A stretch of 63,302 nt of DNA, filler included, from Octopus bimaculoides (GCF_001194135.2; 4 parts of 4 records of this genome joined end to end with filler, not necessarily neighbours in it), one strand, 5' to 3'. Shown: positions 37,650-50,897, numbered from the whole stretch's first letter. Notes: generated by a model not told the origin, from the letters alone. A program made the numbers and translations.

Positions 37650-38033
37650 TGTTGGCACTCCGTCGCTTACGACGTCGAGGGTTCCAGTTGATCCGATCAA
37701 CGGAACAGCCTGCTCGTGAAATTAACGTGCAAGTGGCTGAGCAACCCACAGACACGTGTACCCTTAACGTAGTTCTCGGGGATATTCTGCGTGACACAGT
37801 GTGACAAGGCTGGCCCCTTTGAAATACAGGTACAACAGAAACAGGAAGATAGAGTGAGAGAAAATTGTGGTGAAAGAGTACAGCAGGGTTCGCCATCATC
37901 CCCTGCCGGAGCCTCGGGGAGCTTTTAGGTGTTTTCGCTCAATAAACACTCACAACGCCCGGTCTGGGAATCGAAACCGCGATCCTATGACCGCGAGTCT
38001 GGTGCCCTAACCACTGGGCCATTGCGTCTCCAC
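37650..38033 (-). mobile_element. tRNA-derived SINE family C, full length, 13-bp TSD
   Basis: tRNA-like head on minus (TGGCCCAGTGGTTAGGGCACC..GGTTTCGATTCCC). TSD AAGCCCATTCTGT at 37637-37649 and 38034-38046. Body matches 43375-43682 and 48740-49038. Confidence 0.9.
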
Positions 38034-38714
38034 AAGCCCATTCTGTATCAGTTTATAAATACATGTATTGCAACTATCAACTATTGCATTATGTCCCTAG
38101 TTTCCGTATTCTTCTATACCTTACATTTCTGGCTGCTATCAGTGTATGTTACTGAAGATGTAATTTACTTAGGTGATGTAGGAGCATATTTTGCTATTAT
38201 TGTTTCTTTTATACTTTTTTTTATTTTGACTTGAGTTGAATTCTAGGATTGTCTTTGATTTATGGATATATTCCTTTCGGATTAACGTTTACTTTTTCTT
38301 ATATATTGCATTCCTTTGTCTTCAATATATCCAAGATGCTTATGCACCTTTAAGTGTGCGCATGTGTATATATCTGTTGTATGAAAGTTAGATTTACATA
38401 CATACATGCATACATACATGCATACATACATACAATCGTACACGCACAATTGCACACGAGCACACACTTGTATACATATCATAGTCTACATTTCGTAAAG
38501 TGTCATCCTTTCTCTCATACTTATATGTATGTGAGTATGTGTATGTGTGTGAGTGTGTGTGTGGTGTTCCAAATAATATTCACCCGTGTGTGTGTGTGTA
38601 CGTGTGTGTGTGTGTCATTGTTTGCGTATTTACATTTGAGTTAGTTTTTTTTAAAAATCAAGTTGAACTATTTCCTTAAAATTGTGACACTAAATTAAAT
38701 TAATTGCATACACA

Positions 38715-38879
38715 GATGCTGGAGTTACTGCGTAGTAAGAAGCTTGCTTCCCAACCAAATGTTTCCGAGTTCAGTCCCACTGCGTGGTACCTTGGGCGAG
38801 TATCTTCTACAACAGCCTCGGGCCGACGAAAGCCTTGTGAGTGGAACTGGAAGACGAAACCTGAAAGAAGCCCGTCGTG

Positions 38880-38912
<33 letters not shown>

Positions 38913-38926
38913 TTGTTTGTTTGTTC

Positions 38927-38995
<69 letters not shown>

Positions 38996-39125
38996 ACCCC
39001 CCACCATCGCCTCATAATCGATATAATAAGTATTAGGCTTACAAAGAATAAGTCCTGGCGTCGATTTCTTTGACTAAAGATGGTACTACAGCATGGCTAC
39101 AGTCAAATTATTGAAACAAGTTAGA
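38715..39125 (+). mobile_element. SINE family B, full length
   Basis: Head, CCTTGGGCGAGTATCTTC segment, internal (TA)/(TG) tract at 38878-38992, tail CAGCATGGCTACAGTCAAATTATTGAAACAAG. Confidence 0.9.
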
Positions 39126-41647
39126 GAATAAAAGAATAATTACAAGGCCAGATATTTTGTGACAGACGTAAGAGAATATATTCAAGGCCATAAACAAGCG
39201 AGATAACTTGCATCAAGTCCAGTTCAGGAGTGATAAACATCGATGTTTGTAACTTGTCAATACTGCGTACTATAAACGAGGCCCGATGTAAGCTAAGTCC
39301 ATGACTTCCAGTTGTTTTCACACCAGACACATTGAAGAGAATAAATTTTCTTATGCCTATAAGCACAGCCTAACCACGAACTATCAAAACACATGCCTTG
39401 TGTATGTCTGTTCGATAATGTTTATATCCATCAAGCTGGTTTTAACTCATAGTTCANNNNNNNNNNNNNNNNNNNNNNNNNNNNNNNNNNNNNNNNNNNN
39501 NNNNNNATAAAAAATATTGATGTGTATTGCATGTTGCTTTCTGGAAAATGTTCGAAGTAACACCGGCATTATTTTATTTGCTGCTGACAAAAAATTACGC
39601 TTGCGCGGTGGATTTGAAAGATTATAACGTATAAGCACGGGGCACATGCTGGCTTTGCCACGAGGCGTACCTGTTGATGAAGACTTCGCCTAGCAAATTA
39701 TTTTATTTGCTAAAAAAAAAGTCAGAAACCATGGTCCAGGAGATAGATGGTAAATATTCTTATTTTTCATTCCCTTCGAATTTTATCCCTAATAGTGGTT
39801 TGGATTTTGACTATTCCTTCTAGCGTGCCAGGAATCCCATGACGGATACCTCTTATGTGTTTAAATGTAGACTGTATTTATATGAATAATATATAGTCTA
39901 TTAACTAATTTTTCTACACGCTAGGCTACTGGTAGTAAAAAATTCTATTATTAATTATATATGTATATATATACATATATATATGCAAACGAATTATACT
40001 GAAGACTCGATAGTGTTCGAATTTACCTCTTTGTTTTATTCTATATTTCTATATTTCTAAATTAGCATTTTATGCTTTTAAATTAGAACAATATCTTTCA
40101 TGATTTCCTCACTCTTCCAAGACGTCTACCATTTTAGAAACCATATTTTTGGCTTTTCTGAATGAAATGATGTGTATTGCATGTTGTTTTATGTTGTGTA
40201 TTGGTCACCAAGGCACCCTATTAATAACTTTGAACTGTTAAAATCTCCATTGTTGTATTTAAAAATGTTTAACCACTGATTCCTGGTTACATTCACAGTT
40301 GATTTTCACTTGAGCTGTATAGTTGATTTGATTTGGGGTTTGTAGTTTTCGCTATTAATAAAGCCGTTATTGTCTTTATATTTTTTCAATATTTGATTGT
40401 ATATGTGGAACTCTATATCAACTAATTTAGATTCGTTTCGTACTTTGTATATACGTTTCTATGGATTTTCATATATACGTATGTGTAAGTTTGTGAATGT
40501 GTTTATTTATATGTAAATGTGCTTGTAGGTGTATTTCATAATGTATTTGGAGTTGTGTGTGTGCGTGTAAGTGTGTTTTCATAAATCGGCCTTGCTTTGA
40601 AAGTGTTGGCAGAAATCCCATTTAATTCCTTCTCTCGGGGATAAAATGTATTCTTATTCCAGTTAACGTTTCTAAAAGCTTGCTGTGCGCCTTTCTCTCA
40701 AAGACTTATGAATATTTTCATAAAAACACTGCTAACTTGCCAAATTTTCTATCAACAAATCTGGAAATATTACAAATCTAATAATGATAATGAAGAAAAT
40801 ATTTGAAAATATATATAAACAATGAAATTTGGAGTAACAAAACAAAAGAGAAAATATAATGAGTGTATATATGATAGTATTATTATTAAAAAAAGTAAAA
40901 CAGCCCAATCGTGAACCTGATTTACATACTCTATTTAAAGGCAAACATGCATATATATATATATATATANNNNNNNNNNNNNNNNNNNNNNNNNNNNNNN
41001 NNNNNNNNNNNNNNNNNNNNNNNNNNNNNNNNNNNNNNNNNNNNNNNNNNNNNNNNNNNNNNNNNNNNNNNNNNNNNNNNNNNNNNNNNNNNNNNNNNNN
41101 NNNNNNNNNNNNNNNNNNNNNNNNNNNNNNNNNNNNNNNNNNNNNNNNNNNNNNNNNNNNNNNNNNNNNNNNNNNNNNNNNNNNNNNNNNNNNNNNNNNN
41201 NNNNNNNNNNNNNNNNNNNNNNNNNNNNNNNNNNNNNNNNNNNNNNNNNNNNNNNNNNNNNNNNNNNNNNNNNNNNNNNNNNNNNNNNNNNNNNNNNNNN
41301 NNNNNNNNNNNNNNNNNNNNNNNNNNNNNNNNNNNNNNNNNNNNNNNNNNNNNNNNNNNNNNNNNNNNNNNNNNNNNNNNNNNNNNNNNNNNNNNNNNNN
41401 NNNNNNNNNNNNNNNNNNNNNNNNNNNNNNNNNNNNNNNNNNNNNNNNNNNNNNNNNNNNNNNNNNNNNNNNNNNNNNNNNNNNNNNNNNNNNNNNNNNN
41501 NNNNNNNNNNNNNNNNNNNNNNNNNNNNNNNNNNNNNNNNNNNNNNNNNNNNNNNNNNNNNNNNNNNNNNNNNNNNNNNNNNNNNNNNNNNNNNNNNNNN
41601 NNNNNNNNNNNNNNNNNNNNNNNNNNNNNNNNNNNNNNNNNNNNNNN

Positions 41648-41678
<31 letters not shown>

Positions 41679-42340
41679 ATGTATGTATGTATGTATGTAC
41701 GCATGTATATGTATATTTATACATATATATATATGTATATATTCACATACATATATATACTTACATATATGTACATACACATATACATACACACGCACTA
41801 GCGCACACACACACACACATACATATAGATGCATATATATATATATATATATATATATAATTGTTTGATATTTTATGAAGCTGTGTGTTTATAAATAAAT
41901 ATATAATGATGAAGAGGAAGATGACAACGACCACGATGTCAATGATAGTAATGATGTACATATGTAAATATTTGAGTGCTGGTATACATTCAATGCACAT
42001 ACATACATGCTTCCATATATTTATACACTCATACGTGAAATTCATGACTTCTTAGAAGATGATGATGCCTAAATTCACTATGAAAGAGCCTAGATTCTGT
42101 GTTGGAAACTTACCCCGCCCCTTTCTGTCGTTCTCACACACTTCTTCCCTTTGGTGAGAAAGTTAAAATAATCAGAAGAGGTTCACACTTGCATATATAC
42201 AGATATAAATGTGTTCGCGCACGCACAAACACACACATACAGTCATACATGCATTGCTTGCATGCATGCATACATACGTACATACGTGCTTACAAAATGG
42301 TTGGTAATTATATTTCAACAATGTATGTGTNNNNNNNNNN

Positions 42341-42375
<35 letters not shown>

Positions 42376-42892
42376 TATATGAACACTTAAATATATACGT
42401 ATAAGGTAATATTATTATGTTTTATTTTTTTATTATTATAAAACACCACTGAATTATTACTAAAATTATATCTATTTTGTTTTCTGTTTATTTTCGTGGT
42501 TTATCCAGTGGCATGATCTACTTATCTTTAATTATAATGACTATTCTTAACTTCTCACGTTGTTCATGGTTTAGTCGTCGTTAAATGCTTTTGCTGGTGT
42601 TGTTCTAGTTTTGTGTATGGTTGCTTTCTCTCAATTTTTTTTTTCCTGTTTTAGCAACAGATCTACGCTTCATGATTTCTTTTATTTATTTCCTTCCCCC
42701 CCACTCCGTTTCCTTGCTTCTTTCTCTACTGCATTTACTACTTTCTTCTGCTTTTCACTTTCATTTTTTTCATTCTGTATTCTATCTCTTTCGTACTTCA
42801 TTCTGGTCCATGATCTTTTGCATGTATTTTTATCTTTAACATATTATTCAGACTGATGTCTTCATCTTGATTCTTGCCTCAATTCCCTATGA

Positions 42893-43017
42893 AACATATA
42901 CGTTTCGCCTGTGCACGCTCTACCTTCTTCAGGTGTCTTTTGATTCACTTAGTGCCTTGTCTGGGATTGAATTCAAAACTTGCATTAACCAGCGCCTTTA
43001 TCCTCTACGCTATGCCC
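42893..43017 (-). ncRNA. Degenerate tRNA-like module (42960-43017) followed ~25 nt later by a hammerhead-like motif (42893-42937)
   Basis: Minus strand: GGGCATAGCGTAGAGGATAAAGGCGC..GAATTCAATCCCAG..GACAC-CUGAAGA-AGG..GGC-GAAA-CGUA-UAUGUU. Core nucleotides intact; stems I and II degraded. Confidence 0.55.
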
Positions 43018-43134
43018 ATAAGCCATGTCAGAGAATATTTAAGGTGTATAAACCACCACTGATGTCTTACGTCTGTTCCGTACCTTGCTTCCATTTTTTT
43101 TTTAGACGGAGTACAAAATTTCTGTTTGATATTG

Positions 43135-43360
43135 CTCCATTTGAAGGAGGTGAACTGGCAGAATGGTTAGCACGCCGAGAAAAAAGCCTAGCGGCATTTT
43201 GTCTGTCCTTACGTTCTGAGTTCAAATTCCGCTGTGATCGACTTTCCCTTTCATCCTTTCAGGGTCGATGAAATATGTATCAGTTACTCACTGGGGTTGA
43301 CGTAATCGACTATAACCACGCCCTCAAAGTTTCAGGCTGTGTACCTATAGTAGAAATGGT
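43135..43360 (+). mobile_element. SINE family A (alternative tail)
   Basis: Family A head and central domain; tail CCCTCAAAGTTTCAGGCTGTGTACCTATAGTAGAAA. Confidence 0.88.
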
Positions 43361-43374
43361 ACTACTCCATTTGT

Positions 43375-43682
43375 GAAGGTGCGTGGCTTAGTGGTTAGGG
43401 ATAAGATCGTAAGTTCGATTCCCGGCGATGCATTGTGTGCTCCAGCAACACACTTTATTTCTCATTGCTCCAGTCCACTCAGCTGGCAAAAATGAGTAAT
43501 AGCTGTAATTCAAAGGGACAACTTTGTCACATTCTGTGTCACTCTGAATCTCCTTGAGAACTACGTTAATGGTAGGGGTGTCTGTAGAATGCTCAACTAC
43601 TTGCACGTTAATTTCATGAGAAGGCTGTTTCGCTGATCGGATCTACTGAAACCCTTGTCATCGTAGCCGACGGAGTGCCAAC
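43375..43682 (+). mobile_element. SINE family C
   Basis: GCGTGGCTTAGTGGTTAGGG..AGTTCGATTCCCGG; body matches 37650-38033. Confidence 0.88.
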
Positions 43683-43860
43683 TTATTACTCTGCTGGAAG
43701 GTTTTTGTAAGGCTTTATAATCGATACAATTTTGTCCAGCTTCTTAATTTTTGAACTTTTGATACGAGTAATTATAGATGTTAATAAATCTCATGATCTC
43801 TTAATACCATGGGTAAGTTAAATGTATTAGTGTGGTATTTTATGGGATAGAAGCATTTCG

Positions 43861-44101
43861 ATAGAATCAAGGCGGCCAGCTGGCTGAAACGTTAGCACGC
43901 CGGGCGAAATGCTTAGCGGTATTTCGTCTGCCGTTACGTTCTCAGTTCGAATTCAGACGAGGTCGACTTTGCCTTTCATCCTTTCGGGGTCGATAAATTA
44001 AGTACCAGTTATGCACTGGGGTCGTCGTAATCGACTTAATCCCTTTGTCTGTCCTTGTTTGAACCCTTTGTATGTAACCCCTCGTGGGCAGTAAAGAAAT
44101 A
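43861..44101 (+). mobile_element. SINE family A, full length, 12-bp TSD
   Basis: TSD AGAAGCATTTCG at 43849-43860 and 44102-44113. Confidence 0.92.
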
Positions 44102-44675
44102 AGAAGCATTTCGTTTTTTTTTAAATTCCCTTACTACTTTCTTTATGCTTGATGAAATGCAAGAGACCAAAATAGTGGTCAAGTTATGACTAAATTTTTG
44201 TGTCTTCTTTATTTTTTATCTATTTATTTATTTTTGTTCATGTTCTTGTCTTCGTGTTTTTTAGAAGCTGATTTAGAAAAAAATCAATTGCCGAGGGCAT
44301 TTCTATGATGTTTCAGTTTGTGTATATTACTTAAAACTATTATTTTGTTATGAGTTGTGGTGTGACCATTTTCCTTTTTGCTGATGAGGCTAATTATTCT
44401 TTTCTCAGTATTTCCTCTGAATTTTAAGGCTTGCATTAAACAAAATTATTTGGCAGGTTGCTGTTTTTCTATACTTTGTTTATGTATTTTTTGAGGTTTT
44501 CTGGCATTGTGTTTAAACATGTCACTATTTCTTTTTTTATGAAGTTGGTTCTTTTAACTGTGCAATTATTGTCGTACTTTTGGCGTTGCCTCATGAACTA
44601 TATTTTTTATATATTTTATAGATATATATTATAATTACTTTGTTCGAAATATATGTGTGTATGTGTGCGTGTTTG

Positions 44676-44731
<56 letters not shown>

Positions 44732-45594
44732 NNNNNNNNNNNNNNNNNNNNNNNNNNNNNNNNNNNNNNNNNNNNNNNNNNNNNNNNNNNNNNNNNNNNN
44801 NNNNNNNNNNNNNNNNNNNNNNNNNNNNNNNNNNNNNNNNNNNNNNNNNNNNNNNNNNNNNNNNNNNNNNNNNNNNNNNNNNNNNNNNNNNNNNNNNNNN
44901 NNNNNNNNNNNNNNNNNNNNNNNNNNNNNNNNNNNNNNNNNNNNNNNNNNNNNNNNNNNNNNNNNNNNNNNNNNNNNNNNNNNNNNNNNNNNNNNNNNNN
45001 NNNNNNNNNNNNNNNNNNNNNNNNNNNNNNNNNNNNNNNNNNNNNNNNNNNNNNNNNNNNNNNNNNNNNNNNNNNNNNNNNNNNNNNNNNNNNNNNNNNN
45101 NNNNNNNNNNNTGATGTGCAAAGGCGTCGAGGGAATTTTGGATAATATCATTGTCATGTGGCTGTTGTAGTTAGATGTATAGGGAAGAAATGGTAATAGT
45201 TTGTCTGCTGTGGAGAGAGAGCGTGTGCTGCTGTTGATTGCTAGTGATATACAGGGAGTTTAGCTATAATGCTAGTTTTATTATTTCAAAAATAGATAAT
45301 AAGAGCATCGATGTCTAATTTAATAATGATGGAGTGCGCACTTCAAAGTTTTGTTGGGTTGGTATGTAACCCAATACCGCGACAATGGCTGATGAGATTG
45401 GTGGCGGTATATTTCGTGGTCTCACTCGTTGTGAGACGGTTATCTCCCTTGTCACTGCATAGATATGTGCTTTTGGGGGCTCTAAAGGTCTTTAACTCTT
45501 ATTTCTAGCAATGTAAGTGCTACCCTGCACCCACTCTCAGTCACAATTACTGACAACTGAATACTTCCTTTTTTGGTTTTATATTGCGTATAGC

Positions 45595-45735
45595 CGCCTT
45601 CGGTTATATATATCGACATATAAATCCACTCACAAGGCTTTGGTCGGCCCAAGGCTATAGTAGAAGACACTTGCCCAAGGTGCCACACAGTGAGACTGAA
45701 CCCAGCACCATGTGGTTGGGAAGCAAGCTTCTTAT
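45595..45735 (-). mobile_element. SINE family B, head half
   Basis: AATCCACTCACAAGGCTTTGGTCGGCCCAAGGCTATAGTAGAAGACACTTGCCCAAGGTGCCAC. Confidence 0.88.
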
Positions 45736-46534
45736 CACAATGGAGTGGTGGTTGAGTATAGAGCGATAATAAGAAAGAAAGATGACAGAAGAACAAATTA
45801 TCTTATGATATTCGATGAAGTTATAAGGTGTTATCAGGCACTCAACTATGAATCCATTGGATCTTGTAGCAGAAACAGCAGCAAGCTAATGACATTCATA
45901 AGATAATCAAATATTCTTTGTCGTCTCTCTTTCTTATATATATATATATATATATNNNNNNNNNNNNNNNNNNNNNNNNNNNNNNNNNNNNNNNNNNNNN
46001 NNNNNNNNNNNNNNNNNNNNNNNNNNNNNNNNNNNNNNNNNNNNNNNNNNNNNNNNNNNNNNNNNNNNNNNNNNNNNNNNNNNNNNNNNNNNNNNNNNNN
46101 NNNNNNNNNNNNNNNNNNNNNNNNNNNNNNNNNNNNNNNNNNNNNNNNNNNNNNNNNNNNNNNNTATATATATATATATATATATATATATCGTTGTGTG
46201 AGAAACGTTTATTTTTGAATGCGTTTTGTTCAATCTCGACTAAGTAGGAAGGGAGGTAATAATAATGCTTCCAGTTTCATCAGTGTTGTGCTGATAATGT
46301 AATTTCTTTTGAGAATTTTTCTCAATTATTTACAAACGTTCTTTTATTGGTGGTTATGCAAATATTTCAAAGACTTTTCTCGATAATTACATTTATATGT
46401 TTCTGAGCCTGATTTGTGCTGAGCTGAGTCGTAACCAGTCTCGTTTTCTGATGGCGTTCGTTGCGGGTATGAAAAATATTTCCGTATACCAAGTACATAT
46501 TGTTTGACGGGACTGTGCTCTATTCTGAAAAAAA

Positions 46535-46755
46535 TGTTTCCAAACTTTTGACACAAGGCCAACAATTTTGAGAGGGTTAATTCGAATATATCGAGTCTGG
46601 TATTCAACTGGTACTTATTTTGTCGACTCCGAAAAGATAAAAGGAAAATCGACCACCGCTGAACTTGAACTCAAGACATAAAAAAAAAGAAAGGACGAAA
46701 TGTCGCTAGTTAGTTTGACAGGAATGTTAACGATTCTGCCAGCTCATCGACTTAA
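46535..46755 (-). mobile_element. SINE family A, diverged
   Basis: CAACTGGTACTTATTTTGTCGACTCCGAAAAGATAAAAGG..TGAACTCAAG..GTTAACGATTCTGCCAGCTC. Confidence 0.8.
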
Positions 46756-47489
46756 TTCTGTATCTAAATAATACATTTACTATTAGCTTATCTTGTATAT
46801 TTAACCATTTTTGAGGACGTATTTTTGAGGATTATATATCTTCTATTTCTTGCATTGTGGTAGTGATGGGGGTTGCGATGGAAGTGATTGTAGTACTCGT
46901 AATGAGAGCAGTTGTGCTGTTTGTAGCAGAAGGATTGTGGTGTTGGTGGTAGTAGTAATTGCAACTGGTGCTTGTACTGGTAGTGATTATGGTGTCGGTG
47001 GTAGCAGTGTTTGTGGTACTGTGGTGGTGTTGTATGTGTTGGTGGTAGTGGTTCTGGTGAGATTACTGATACTTGTGGTGTTGTAACTGTGGTTGTTGTT
47101 GGTGATGACAGTCACGGTAGTAACGGCGGGAGTGTCAGTAGTGATAGATATCGAAGTTGCGGCAACGGTTGTAGTGTTGGTGTAGTGTTAGGAGTAGCAG
47201 AACGTTACGGGGCCGGTGGAGGTGTAGATCCTTGGCGGGGTAGCATGAGGTAGGCTGATAGATGTAGTGGTGTTGATGCTAGTGCAGCTGCTGATAGTGG
47301 TAGAGGCGGTGGTGACGGTGAGGTTGGCACTGGTGGTGGGGTATAAACCACTGGGATACATTGCCTTATCGTTAACGATGTATGAAAATATTTAAACGGC
47401 CATTTTGCTCTCTCTCTTGTGGCTTTTGTAGGCAAGGTATGCTTGTTTGACTGTTTGTCTTTTTGTTTTTGCTTTTGTACTTTAATCTA

Positions 47490-47773
47490 TTATTATTATT
47501 CAGTAGTTTTATTTTTATAACGTGCTTTCACTTCACTACCGAGCGCAGCTCTGTGCGCCTTGGGTATGTGATGTGGTTTGCTGTGGTGCTCTTATGTTTA
47601 CTGTATTGAAAGTGTTTTGCGTAGAATGTGTGCAGTACCCAGTAGTGCAATTTTCTGTATGTTATATATATTTGTAAGTCCTGGTGTTTTTGTTATGTAT
47701 TTGTCTGAATATTTTTTTATTATACCTAAGGCACCTACTATGATAGGAATTGTTTCTGTTTTTAGATTCCACA
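47490..47773 (-). mobile_element. 3' end of an R4/Dong element, same subfamily as 12200-12905 (5' part lost in gap)
   Basis: Reverse complement of ~12632-12915; ends ACTACTG-AATAATAATAATAG. Confidence 0.9.
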
Positions 47774-48739
47774 NNNNNNNNNNNNNNNNNNNNNNNNNNN
47801 NNNNNNNNNNNNNNNNNTTAATTAATTAANNNNNNNNNNNNNNNNNNNNNNNNNNNNNNNNNNNNNNNNNNNNCTATCTGTATCTCTCCTTTTCTCTCTA
47901 GTGTTCTCTTTTTGTTTCTCATCCTTTTCTTTTTCTGGTGGGTGGGGAATGTGTCTAATTTTCCTCATTATTATTATTATTTTTTTTTCTCCCCCCCCCC
48001 TCTTTTATGACATTTTTCTTCCGCATGTTTGAATCCACTAATGATGACTCTAAGCAGTACAGCATCTTATTCTCATGAAAACCAACAAGCTTCCCTTTCT
48101 GTGTGTGCGCTCGCACGCACGCACACACACACAAACACACACACACACATACACACACATGCACACATACATACGTACACAAACGCACAACATACATACA
48201 CACACATACACGCACACACATACACGCACACACATACACGCACACACACACACACACGTGTGTGTGTGTGTATGTGCGTGTGTGTGTGTGCATACGTTGG
48301 TTGTAGTTGAATGCTCTCTTTGAAAAAAGAGGTAAAAACTGCAATTTAAGTCAAATTAGTCGATGCATTGTAGATCATCTTGTTGCACATTGTGCTAAAA
48401 CCATCCTGTCTCCTATCCTTTCCATTTTATATTTAAACTAATTTATTTAGTCATTTATAGGTGGGGTGGGATATTCGTTTCTGACAAAGCACAAAAACAG
48501 TTCTTGTTTGCGAGGTCGTATACTATAGCAGAATAGAGCACATTATTGGAATATATCTGATGGGTCACGAAGTTCGCTTTGCAATAACGATGTTACGGAT
48601 TCGATGACGCTGCTTACATTTGAACAGAATATCTTTTATCACTGTTTCATGCTGACATAAGCCCAATGAGTGAAACTAGGTAGACAGGAGATGTACGAAC
48701 CGGCGCCGAATAACAGGATTGTCACTTTACATGACTCTA

Positions 48740-49038
48740 CGTCGGTTTCGAAGGCAAGTCTTCCAGTTGATTCGATCAACCTGCACATGCGAGTGTCTGA
48801 GCGTTCCACAGGCACGCGTACATTCAACGTAGTTCTCAGGGAGATACAGGGTGGCACAGAGTGTGACAAGGCTGCCCCTTTGAATTACAAGTATAACTCA
48901 TTTTTGCCAGCTGATTGGACTGGAGAAATGAAAAATATAAAATGTCTTGCCCAAGGATACAACGTGCCGCCTGGAATCGAATTCACGACTTGACGACCGT
49001 GAGCCGAGTGCCCTAACCATTAAGCCACGCACCTTCAC
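48740..49038 (-). mobile_element. SINE family C
   Basis: Reverse complement of 43375-43682. Confidence 0.85.
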
Positions 49039-49371
49039 AGGACGGTCACGGTGTCATGCTGAGCGTATTACATTGAGGACAGAAGTGTGAGCGAAACACT
49101 TGCCCACTTGCATCATCATTAAGCAAGTGAGTAATTTTGTTGATCGAACACTTAAAGGGAACATTGTACCCACAGTTTAAAGTCCATGTTTTATCCAACA
49201 CTGTAAAGTAGATTCTTCAAAGAATTACTTAAAAGGATACGTGACTGTCGAACACACAGGTCACACTATAAGTCAATGAGTGGGCAGTTCAAATAGTCGA
49301 GCAAAAGGATGCGTTTCATCGAAGCTAATAAAGATCCATTTGTCATCATCATCATTATCATTATTATTATT

Positions 49372-49600
49372 ATTACCGCCGCCTTAGCGAAGGCGGAGGT
49401 ATTATTTTCAGTCGTGTTTGTTTGTTTGTTTGTTTGTTTGATTGTTCGTGGACAAGATATCTCAAGAACCACAGGATGGATTCGGATGAAACTTTCAGGG
49501 ATGTTTGGCCTCGTGACTGGCACGAACTGACTAGATTTTGGGATCGATCCTGTACGGGACTAGGATTCTGGATTATTTTTTATATTTTCTTTACTTTATA
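49372..49600 (+). mobile_element. Helentron-associated (DINE-1/HINE-like) non-autonomous element fragment
   Basis: TTATTACCGCCGCCTTAGCGAAGGCGGAGGTATTATTTTC, then (GTTT)n, then GATGGATTCGGATGAAACTTT. Short CGCC/GGCG hairpin plus tetranucleotide tract is the recalled HINE layout. Confidence 0.6.
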
Positions 49601-50029
49601 TGTGTATGTAAAGTTTCGCGTAGTTCTCTTGCACACGCACACACATACACACATATACTCACATTTCAAACGCCATTTATCGGCTTTTTCACTCCTTTCT
49701 TCGTTATTCATCTATCACTCCATTCCTTTCTCATTCATACGACGCTCTCTTTGCTACTTCGTTTCGTCTTTCTTACTGTCATTACTTTCTCTCACTCCCT
49801 CTCAGTGATGGCTATTACTCTCACTACTCCTCCTTCACTATATTAGAATTTCATCTCCTTTCCCTTCACTTCTCACTCAATATATACATCGATGAGTTCT
49901 TGAAAATTGGTTATTTTCCCTAAAACTATATATTTTATATATACTTTATCTATAAGGCTCAATTTAATTTTAATTTTTTATAAATTGATTTTAATTGAGT
50001 TTTTTACCTGTAATTTTGTATTTTGTCCC

Positions 50030-50068
<39 letters not shown>

Positions 50069-50310
50069 NNNNNNNNNNNNNNNNNNNNNNNNNNNNNNNN
50101 NNNNNNNNNNNNNNNNNNNNNNNNNNNNNNNNNNNNNNNNNNNNNNNNNNNNNNNNNNNNNNNNNNNNNGTTCATTTTTAGTATTCCCGTTTGTGAGAGC
50201 AGAACAGTTCATCTAAGATATTTTCATTTTAAAAATCATCTCCCACTAATCGTTGAGAGAGCGTTGGTGTTGCCCTGGTGGAGGTCTGCGCTCTCTGAGT
50301 GCCCTTGTTA

Positions 50311-50758
50311 TTATTATTTTCTCTTTATCACAGATTTTGTTGGAATTCTTGGAGTCTTCCATGCGTAGCGGGCTTACTACCTGCAGCCTACGGTACCATG
50401 TTATTCGTTTTTCTCAGCAATCTAATACTTTCCTGATTATTCTGGCCGTGCCAAGGAGGCAATCCTTTTGTAACAATTCTAATGGGCACTTTATTCCAAT
50501 TTCCTTTATATTCCCTTTGACCCAACAATATTTGGCACTATCTTCACCTTCTTCATTTTCCATTGCCGCGCTATTCTGTACTTAAGAGGGTTGTATCTTT
50601 CTATCCATCTTTTCACCTTCCTTCTTGACTATTCGTGGGTCAAAGGAGCATGCAGCGTCAATTATATAGCATATGTAGTGCACCTTGTCCACCGCCACTA
50701 GGTCCGGTCTGTTATACTCTAGCAGCTGATCTGTTTGGGTTGAGAGATTCCAGAAAAT

Positions 50759-50760
<2 letters not shown>
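50311..50760 (-). mobile_element. R4/Dong 3' fragment (REL endonuclease + 3' UTR)
   Basis: KIFWNLSTQTDQLLEYNRPDLVAVDK..IIDAAC..D.RIVKKE; ELLQKDCLLGTARIIRKVLDC*; ends AATAATAATAA; 5' side abuts (AAT)n. Confidence 0.88.
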
Positions 50761-50841
<81 letters not shown>

Positions 50842-50842
50842 C

Positions 50843-50878
50843 ATTCAGGTCACTGCCTGGAATCGAACTCGGAATCTT
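50843..50878 (-). other. T-arm/B-box half of the tRNA-like module, followed by (AAT)n
   Basis: AAGATTCCGAGTTCGATTCCAGGCAGTGACCTGAATG; similar to the 42960-42985 segment. Confidence 0.55.
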
Positions 50879-50897
50879 TATTATTAACATTATTATT

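Noticed and set aside
46850-47435. Thr/Pro/Val/Gly-rich ORFs suggesting a mucin (also 30600-31000 and 34860-35200)
   Set aside because: Cryptic GGT/AGT trinucleotide low complexity, open on both strands, with no splice or domain support.
28775-49038. tRNA genes at the tRNA-like heads
   Set aside because: They lack complete acceptor stems and continue into SINE or retroelement bodies, so they are tRNA-derived rather than functional tRNAs.
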